Both the position numbers and the translations under genes were made by a program. DNA of 64,000 nucleotides from Octopus vulgaris. Lineage: Eukaryota. Shown piece by piece: positions 54,934 through 64,000 of the stretch; positions within the stretch are counted from its first letter, which is position 1; each line of letters opens with the position of its first letter. The notes under the pieces are model-generated. The model saw only the letters and a program-made list of their open reading frames with translations, did no database searches and was not told where the DNA came from. Location of the stretch: the NCBI GenBank assembly GCA_951406725.2, contig OX597814.1:118234001-118298000 (forward strand). Reading direction: 5' to 3'.

Positions 54934-55269
54934 TGTGTGCGTGCGTGCGTGCGTATGTATTAGGGAAATATGACAAGGTAGAAAATGTTAAAATATTTTT
55001 TTCATGAAGAACATTTTAGTACCGGTTACAGACTTTGCGACTTTTTCAACATAGAGTAAACCATGAAAAAGTATTAACTTGTGGAAAAATTAAATGAAAT
55101 GTTTTTTTTAAATATTTCCATATTTATCAAATGCAAGGGACATTTTCCTTTTTTCTGGCTGTCTCCGTCTCTCTTTTCTGCTCTTGTGAGTTGTAGGTAA
55201 TTAGTAGCAGCTAGTAGTAGTTTTATATGATTTCTTGTGTTTAAATATATAAGCAGCAGTTGTAGTAGA

Positions 55270-55805
55270 GAAAGGAGGCGGCGAGGAAGAAGAAGAAAAA
55301 GAAGAAGGGGAAGGAGAGGAGGAAGAAGAAGAAATAGAAGAAGGGGAAGGAGAGGAGGAAGAAGAAGAAATAGAAGAAGAAGAAGAAGAAGAAGAAGAAG
55401 AAGAAGAAGAAGAGGAGAAGAAGAAGAAGAAAAAGAAGAAGAAGAAATAAAAGAAGAAGAAATAAAAGAAGAAAAGGAAGATGAAGAATTAGTAGTAGTA
55501 GTAGAAGAAGAAGAAGAAGAAGAAGAAGAAGAAGAAGAAGAAGAAGAAGAAGAAAAAGAAGAAGAAGAAGAAGAAAAGAAGAAGAAGAAGAAGAAGAAGA
55601 AGAAGAAGAAGAAGAAGAAGAAGAAGAAGAAGAAGAAGAAGAAGAAGAAGAAGAAAAAAGAGGAAGAAGAAGAAGAAGAAAAAGAAGAAAAAGAAGAAGA
55701 TGAAGAGGAAGAAAAAAAAGAAGAAGAAGAAGAAGAAGAAGATGATGATGATGAAGAAGAAGTTGAAGAAGATGAAGTTGAAGAAGAAGAAGAAGGGAAA
55801 GAATA
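55270..55805. repeat. (GAA)n-rich purine tract
   Basis: Direct inspection; source of the poly-E/K/R ORF. Confidence 0.95.
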
Positions 55806-56144
55806 ATAAAAAAATCAGGAGTGATATGAGAATATCAGGATGTTGGTGGAATCCTATCAAATCATCAAGTGATCTAAAAGTGTCCAGTTGTGGTTATAAT
55901 AGTAATGATTGGAATTATTCTGAATAAATTCATGTGATGTGACTGTTTTGAAGATATCGTTTTAAATATTTGCATGGGTTTTACTCTAACACCTTTGTAA
56001 TAGTGTTATTTGTGGTGGATGCATTTAAAAGGGGTTTTTTGAGCTCATGAAGGGATGTTTCATCCAGGAAAATACTGGTTCAATACCTAGTATTTTAAGG
56101 ATCTAATTTCCATAAAATAAGGAGTATATATGTATATACACACA

Positions 56145-56196
<52 letters not shown>

Positions 56197-56197
<1 letters not shown>

Positions 56198-56451
56198 TAC
56201 GGAGATGTACTTGCATAGCGAGTGTCTTGATCTGAGATCGTGTGCTGGAGCGAAAACAATTGCATCGTGGAAGGTGTTTATAAGCCATTTAAGAAATACA
56301 TCTCACGTGCTGCAGCACGAAGTTTTGTCAGTGTACAGGCCGCCGTCTCAAAGCGACGAAAATATTTTGACAAACTAAATTTAAATGTTGGAGAGAATCT
56401 AACGATTTTTGTGTTTCTTAAATAGCTTATAAACATCTTCTACGCTGCAAT
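56197..56451. mobile_element. TA-embedded element with inverted arms (56259-56300/56410-56451)
   Basis: Same family as 7571-7775, with the HHR half in the opposite orientation. Confidence 0.7.
56324..56374 (+). ncRNA. G3-C8 hammerhead variant (degenerate, A6U)
   Basis: TTTGTCA-GTGTACA-G-GCCGC..GCGAC-GAA-AATATT-T-TGACAAA. Confidence 0.5.
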
Positions 56452-56993
56452 ATATATACATAGAGTTTATATTCATATTAAAAAACAACAGAAAATAGAC
56501 TTAATAATTAATTATTATTAATAACAAATTAATCATCAGCCATTACAAATGTTTTAGTTAATATTCATTAAATATTCATTAACTATTAAATTTATATGAC
56601 CTGTTCAGAAGGAAAAACTATACCCAGGGACGTTATATATATGTTTATGAATTCATTATAGCAGACTATCACTGACCACTTCCCAGTTCCTACACCATCA
56701 TCCACACACCTACACATGCTTACGTCAAGGTCACCAACCCCTTTCCACACACACATACAGCACGCTCTCACTTCCAAACGCACGCGCACCCTCGCTTTGA
56801 GATCACGACTACTATATTATCTCCCCTCCTTCCTATCTCTCCCGTGTGTCATCATTCTGTCCAGCATTCGCTATGATAGATCGTTAGCCACTAATCGTTT
56901 TTCTAGTTTCTCTCCTTGTTTATTTCTGTGTTCCTTTCTGTCGAAGAGCGTTAAACACGCTCGTCTTCGTCTTTTGTTTGTTTTGTAAATTCT

Positions 56994-57037
<44 letters not shown>

Positions 57038-57045
<8 letters not shown>

Positions 57046-57383
57046 ATTAGGGCTTAGTAAAATAAATTACTTTGCCACATACTGAACTTAATAGAAATAG
57101 CAGCCCAAAAAATTTTTTTAGCCATTTCTACTACTTAAAGAAAATTTCTCTCAGATAATGTTTACTCAAGATAACTCACGAAGGTATGGAGGTAAATACA
57201 GAAAAATATCACATGTACAAAGATCGTTTGAGAACGTCAACGTTTCTAGATTAGCTAAATAAAATCAGCATTTATTTTACTAAGCCCTAATTATATAATG
57301 TAATATTTTGAATTCGCCTTAAATGGTCCTTTTACATACTGAACACTTGGTGAAATTGATTAATTAATTTTACCCTCAATTGT

Positions 57384-57390
<7 letters not shown>
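57038..57390. mobile_element. TA-embedded element with perfect 30-bp inverted repeat (57038-57067/57270-57299)
   Basis: ATTATATAATTAGGGCTTAGTAAAATAAAT and its exact reverse complement. Confidence 0.7.
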
Positions 57391-57441
<51 letters not shown>

Positions 57442-57854
57442 TAAGAGGCTTCCAAATAGGAAAGCCTTGTGCTAAAAAGAGCAGTAGAAAACTCAAAACC
57501 ACCAAGTAAGGATAAACGTTCGAGAGGAATGAAAATTAAAAACGTTTAACATCTCAATTATTTCCCAGGCCATGGTTTCTAACTATTACCAGCAAAAGTC
57601 CAAAAGTACAAAAGACGAACATAGGTGGTGTAGACAACAAACAGATATATTAGAATAACGCTCGGGAAGTGAACAATTTTTTAAGGTTTCGAGCTTACGC
57701 TCATCCACGAAAAGGAACACAGAACGGAACAAGCAGAGAAAGTAAAAAAATGCGTAGTGGCTACAAAAACGTTTAGAAAGTACAAAAAAGTTACGAATAG
57801 TTCAAAAGGTTCAAAAGCTTCAGACGTCTTGGTGTATTGGAGCGATATTTCATC

Positions 57855-57964
57855 AACAGAGGTGTCCATTGCAATCCATTGGCAGGAGAGGTGCAGCTGA
57901 ATTGAAGAAAGTCCAGTAGAAGTTCGTGGATGATGGGAGGAGACAGGATCAACTGGTACTGGTG

Positions 57965-57965
<1 letters not shown>
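57855..57965 (-). mobile_element. Possible PLE reverse transcriptase remnant
   Basis: Frameshifted ELLLDFLQFS..NG/IAM(G)T resembles the PLE Q..GxAMG motif. Confidence 0.35.
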
Positions 57966-58021
<56 letters not shown>

Positions 58022-58027
<6 letters not shown>

Positions 58028-58795
58028 TTAAAAATTTTTTAATTTAAAATTTAAAAATTAAAAAATATAATAATTTATAAATATAAATTTTAATAATTTA
58101 AATTTTAAATTTTATATTTTATATATATATTGTATATTATATTAATTATATATATTTTTTGTTTTTTATGTTTTGGTTTATGTCTATCAATGTTTGGTTT
58201 GCCGAATAGTTGTTTTATCTATAATTTAATTCATATTTATACTGTGAAATTTGATTTAATCCTAAATCTAATTTTTCCCTGTAAGTTTAGATATACTCCC
58301 TAATATCATTATTATAATTATTATATTGATAACTTACGTTTATTGAGTGTAATATTTCAATTTCGTATGTTATGGAACTTACAGGTAAGATAGAATCGCT
58401 ATTTTGGAATTCAGCTTTGAAGTATATTCCAATACACTAGGAAAGAATATATTTTGAAACTTATTAATAATATTATGGATTTTGTTTCTAGGGTTAAATG
58501 GAAAACCTACCATTATAACTATTTAACTTTTTTATACTTTTTGGTTAGTTTTTAAAAAAAATTAAAAGTTAAAAATTAAAAAAATTAAAAAGTTAAAAAT
58601 TAAAAAATATAAAAATATAATTTATAAATATAAATTTAAAAATTTAAAATTTTAATAATTTAAATTTTAAATTTCATATTTTATATATATATTGTATAAT
58701 ATATTAATTATATTTATTTTTTTGTTTTTTATGTTTGGTTTATGTCTATCACTGTTTGAGTTGCCTAATAGTGGTTTTATCTCTAATTTAATTTA
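58022..58795. repeat. AT-rich direct duplication (~200 bp at ~58030 and ~58580)
   Basis: TTTTTATGTTTGGTTTATGTCTATCA..TTGCC..AATAGT..TTTTATCT occurs twice. Confidence 0.7.
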
Positions 58796-60237
58796 TATAT
58801 ATATATATATATTTATATATCATCATATATATATATTTCTCTATATCAGATATATATATACATGTATTGATATATATGTATGTATATATGTAAATATATA
58901 TACATATATACATGTATATCTGTGTGTATGTATGTATGTACATATGCGTATCTATGTTTGTATATTTCAGGAAAAGTGTTAAACATTTTCCCTCTTAGAA
59001 TATAAGTATTTTAATAGAGTATACATTAATTTGAGAATAATAGCTAGGCAGACACCTTCAAGGTTTCTGTCGACATCGATCAAAACTTTTGATTGATATA
59101 ACTGTCATTAACTTCATGGAATTATATTATTCTACTTTGCATTTGCACGTTAAATAGAGAATAGAATGTATATCTATATAGATTGATGGAGTGAAATCGG
59201 AAGCTGGTACTTGCTGCTTACCCTGATCGGAATGACAGTCAAGTCCCTTCGCTATTGTACATAATATAAAGGTATTTCATCGGAAGAATCATTTTCTCAT
59301 ATGCACGAACAACAATGGTATGTTTGCAAGTGGAACGCATTTAATCAACGATTTCTCGAATGAGAAGATGACATGTGTCTTCACATCATAAATATTATGA
59401 AATATGAAAGGAAATGGTTGCACTGAATTCGATGTAGCAAGGTTTTAAATGATTTAACATTTAGGAAGACAAACAATAAAACATTGTTTTATATTTCTAC
59501 CATATAAACAGAAAATATTTAACTTTACAATGTAATTCGTCTTGGATGTCGGAATACTCAGTGATGTGAGGTCTGCTCTGATTTCAACCGGAGGCGTTGA
59601 TAGATATTTCAAAATTGCCTAATGTATTAGCAAAAATCATTATTAATTTGATATCTTCAGAATAAAATCATATCAATCCATATACATATAAGTAAAAGAA
59701 CACTATCTTATAGCGTGAAAAATTAGTTAGTGAATGCATAGATCTTTCCTAAACCTGGGTTTACCAGTAACACGGTATATTCGATAGACGTTAGTTTGCC
59801 TATATCCATGGACACGTGTATGTATATATGTATGTATATTATGTATAAAACGAAATATACACAGTGACAATAGTTAACTCGTCGAAAGTCGAAGCCACTG
59901 TCAATAATAGTATTTTTTACCAATAATAAATTTCTACTCTACAAGTTATATAGTAAACTGTCTGGTGAATGTAAAATTAAATTTATGACAAATATAAAAA
60001 CAAACAGAAATATATATATATTAGTAAATATATTTAAAAGAAGAATTGATGGATATGAGATTTTTTACGCTAAGTACTTGATAAATTCTTATAAAGTATC
60101 GTATTTTTCAATTATATATATATATGTGTGTGTGTGTATATATATATAATTATATATATATATATAATCTTATATATATGTATGTGTGTATATATGTATG
60201 AATATATATATATATATATGTATATACATATATGTAT

Positions 60238-60274
<37 letters not shown>

Positions 60275-60763
60275 TACACAGATATACATAAGCGTGCGAT
60301 AGTTAATTGTCGACACTTTATATTCTTAATTTCACGTTTGTTTATTTTTATGTTTGTCGACTACACACTATAGTTGGGTCAGTTAGACACCATGGTGACA
60401 AAAACATCATCATTTCGCAATTCATTCTGCCAGAAATTTGGAAACGACATGCTCTGTAGCTATGCAGTCAAACAGGAAGCTCCAATAGGATCATTGAGTG
60501 TCAATCTGAAGGCAGTCTATTCTGAGGACATGTAGCGACAGTGATAAAAAACAAGCATCCAGTGACTTGTTCGCCACACTTATACTCGAGAAACTCGGGA
60601 GTTTACCCATGATGCACAACCGATGTTTGTACAGCATCTCAAGCAATTGGCACTGGTACACGATGGGCTGAAACGATCGTAATGAATAACAGAAACCCAT
60701 GTATTATATTTACTATCTCTAATGTATATATATGTATATATATATACATATATATATACATAC

Positions 60764-60796
<33 letters not shown>

Positions 60797-61332
60797 AATT
60801 TTATATATGAGGATAATATCGATATTTAAGTGTCGAAATTATCAAGTGGCCAGCATGAAAGAAATACCTTACAAAGGTAAAAAATTTTTAACAATTAAAA
60901 ATGAGGGTGTCTAAAAGACACCAACATGCCGAAATAGCAGTCGAAACACTGACTATAGTACCACGTTAAATGTTCATATCGCACCATGAGGTAAAGCGGA
61001 GGGACAAAACATACAAGCAAACATTATTGAATAATTCAAAATCCAAGGATTTCTGGTTCTGCTTTAGATAAGGTTACATATACGAGCGTCGTACATACAT
61101 ACATATGCACGTATGGACACAGCCAGTCTGAATCGCCCGCCAAATCACCGCATAAGTACGATATGGTTAAAATAAGCACCGCAGTGAATATAATAACGAA
61201 TTATATAAATTTATATATGAGGATAATATCGATATTTAAGTGTCGAAATTATCAAGTGGCCAGCATGATAATATATATGCATATATATATATGCTGTGCA
61301 TATATATATCTGTATTTATGTACCCTTGATAT

Positions 61333-61392
61333 ATTCAATTGATGACGGTAAAGCTTATCTAAAGCAGAACCAGAAATCCTTGGATCTTGAAT
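61333..61392 (+). ncRNA. Type I hammerhead variant (U3)
   Basis: ATTCAA-TTGATGA-CGGT..ACCA-GAAA-TCC TT GGA-TC-TTGAAT. Confidence 0.7.
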
Positions 61393-61814
61393 TATTCAAT
61401 AATTTTTGCTTGTATGTTTTGTCCCTCCGCTTTACCTCATGGTGCGATATGAACATTTAACGTGGTACTATAGTCAGTGTTTCGACTGCTATTTCGGCAT
61501 GTTGGTGTCTTTTAGACACCCTCATTTTTAATTGTTAAAAATTTTTTTACCTTTGTAAGGTATTTCTTTCATGCTGGCCACTTGATAATTTCGACACTTA
61601 AATATCGATATTATCCTCATATATAAATTTATATAATTCGTTATTATATTCACTGCGGTGCTTATTTTAACCATATCGTACTTATGCGGTGATTTGGCGG
61701 GCGATTCAGACTGGCTGTGTCCATACGTGCATATGTATGTATGTACGACGCTCGTATATGTAAGTATATCGTTTGCTGTGCATATATATATCTGTATTTA
61801 TGTACCCTTGATAT

Positions 61815-61874
61815 ATTCAATTGATGACGGTAAAGCTTATCTAAAGCAGAACCAGAAATCCTTGGATCTTGAAT
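61815..61874 (+). ncRNA. Type I hammerhead variant (U3), second copy
   Basis: Identical to 61333-61392. Confidence 0.7.
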
Positions 61875-62018
61875 TATTCAATAATTTTTGCTTGTATGTT
61901 TTGTCCCTCCGCTTTACCTCATGGTGCGATATGAACATTTAACGTGGTACTATAGTCAGTGTTTCGACTGCTATTTCGGCATGTTGGTGTCTTTTAGACA
62001 CCCTCATTTTTAATTAAT

Positions 62019-62049
<31 letters not shown>

Positions 62050-62289
62050 ATATATAAATACATGCATACATATATGTATATATATGTGCGTGTGAGTGTA
62101 TGAGTGTGTGCGCGTGTGTGTACAAAATGCGTTGAGATTCCTCTTGATATTAGCTTTCTGTTGTGGAAACAGAACAAATTAACAAGCTTGTATGATATTT
62201 TCTGATCTTCATTATTTACATTATTTATATTTGAAGGATATTTGTCCTCATTTTGTTTGTTGTGAACACAAAGCTACGGTTAATATACA

Positions 62290-62856
62290 CTCCAGCCTTC
62301 ATCAGGTGTCTGGAAAGCACGATGTTGTGTGTATGGTGGGACTGGGAAATGATTATCTATTACGAATTGCTTGAACGGAACAAAACGGTCAACGCGGAAC
62401 TCTATGTTCAACAGATGGAACGACTCAACACAGCTATTCAAGATAAAAGACCTAATCGTCAGCATGGACTTCTGCTGCACAACAAAGCCCGCCCTCATGT
62501 CGCCAATATGACCAAGGAAGCCATTCAAATGCATGGCTGGGAAGTGCTGCCACACGCCGTACTCTCCTGATTTGGCACCAACGGATTTCCACCTCTTTCG
62601 ATCTCTTTCAAATGCCATGCGCGGAGTTTCGTTCAATACTGATGCGGAACTGAGAGCTTGGCTTGATCAATATTTCGAGTCGAAATCGGGTGACTTCTGC
62701 CAAGGAGGTTTTGAAAATCTTGTTGAACGTTGGGAAGAATTTGTAAGCAACAAGGGTGAATACATTATTGATTAATTACTCGATATTCTTTATTAAAACA
62801 TTTTAAAACATTTAAATTTTTAAAAAAACGGCGAAAACGTAGTTGCCAAGCCAATA
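62290..62856 (+). mobile_element. Mariner transposase 3' half (DD34D-type) with right TIR
   Basis: MLCVWWDW..YYELL..TVNAELY..LLHNKARPH..WEVLPH/PYSPDLAPTDFHLFRSL..LVERWE..GEYIID; TIR-like AAAACGGC..TTGCCAAGCCAATA. Confidence 0.92.
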
Positions 62857-64000
62857 TGTTGATACACGCATCCTTAAGGTGAGTTTGACATACATGTATA
62901 TGTAAATCTCTAAGTGAGAATGATGGAAGGGGACAGGGAACAAAACGAGTCACATGCTGCTTCGAGTCTTTTGTATAGAAAGATGTTTTAATGTAAAAAG
63001 TTTTGAGTTTAGCATTGGTGTGGCATAGAAAAGTATTATATTTAACTGACTCGGATACGGATTCTCTAATTTTATCCATACAACATTTTATGTAATTTTT
63101 CCAGTCTTAGTAATGAATTTCTCTTCCCATAAGAACGGTGTTATCTATTCCGAAATTGTTTCACTTGTAATTATCGATCTAAATCCAGTGCAATGATGAG
63201 GCGGGCCTCTCGAAGACTTGTAACTCTGTTTTGATCCATATCAATACGCGTATTGAAAATGAAGAGAGAGGGGAAGAGAGTGTGTATGTGTGTGAGAGAG
63301 AAAGAGTGGGCGTTTTATCCGTTGAAGAAAACATAAGATATTCAAAACATCTGTTTTATTCAATAGAAAGAGTATTAAATGAAAATAACAATCAATGTAA
63401 GATATTTAATGTAATTGCAACATTGAAATGAAATTTATTGTTTGTAAGGTATGTAAGCTTTAAATGACTACCACAGCAAATTGTCTTTCAGAGATGTATT
63501 TACATTGAGTATGATACAGAGAAGGCTATTTCAATTAATACCGTTTCTATTGCGCTTAACTGATTTTTTATTCAGTCGAGCGGTTTTTCGCAATATTAAG
63601 GAATGTTTATATTTACTGTTTCCTATATATTTGCAGTAATAAATCTCGTCAAACCATGTCACTGACTGTGAGTATATTGCTAAGGCCAACCGAAGCTTAA
63701 ATGTATCCGGCATTCTCGCTAAACGCTACAGGAATAATTTTCATTTCCCCCTTCTGTATATTGTTTAAAAGCACAACCCGCCCATAAGATACGTCATCCC
63801 AAGACGAATAAGCAGTAAGTAGACCTTCATCGATCTATGTACTTTAAGAATAACATATTGTACAATCTTAGCCTTTTTCGTTAATTTCTTAATAACACAT
63901 AGCATAGTCTATTCCGAAGTGTCTATTATGTTCGCAACGTTTCTGGAAACTTACCCCTGGCAAAATTCCATTCCGTATGTTCAAAAAGTGTTAAATTTGA

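Larger units (their letters stand above)
60792..62015. mobile_element. Array of 482-bp HHR-bearing units: inverted part 60792-61268, direct part 61293-62015; flanked by (TA)n
   Basis: 61321 recurs at 61803 (482 bp); the minus copy lacks ~70 bp that include the HHR 5' half. Confidence 0.88.

Noticed and set aside
55237-55806. 189-aa Arg/Glu/Lys-rich ORF
   Set aside because: Translation of a (GAA)n tract; the same applies to the poly-F/S/I ORFs at 8802, 18377, 19378 and 40745
57165-57215. CTCACGA..GTAT..ATAC-A-GAAA hammerhead-like string
   Set aside because: Core G5 is mutated and stems I and III cannot be formed
60420-60690. Hammerhead 3' half GAAACGATCGTA-ATGAAT at ~60670
   Set aside because: No properly placed CTGANGA with a pairing stem II could be found upstream

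Overview
AT-rich, microsatellite-saturated eukaryotic non-coding DNA. The SINE families and repeat landscape resemble an octopus/cephalopod genome (inferred from memory, not a database search). I found no intact host gene; almost all listed ORFs are microsatellite translations or decayed transposon fragments. The window holds degenerate RTE, CR1-like and R4/Dong-type (RLE) LINEs, Penelope-like (PLE) GIY-YIG and RT remnants, two mariner remnants and tRNA-derived SINEs. A ~10 kb direct duplication (32723-42963 / 43064-53108) flanks a 100-N gap and is most likely an assembly overlap artefact. The main signal is a set of short non-coding elements embedded in (TA)n tracts, arranged as tandem and/or inverted repeats, that carry type I hammerhead ribozyme (HHR) folds read by eye. 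These include a 490-bp-unit array (12.5-14.36 kb, 4 HHRs), a 482-bp-unit array (60.8-62.0 kb), further HHRs at 7.1, 7.9, 27.2 and 37.5 kb, and a G3-C8 core-swapped variant at 7.7 and 56.3 kb. Together they look like a diverse TA-targeting PLE pseudo-LTR / retrozyme system.
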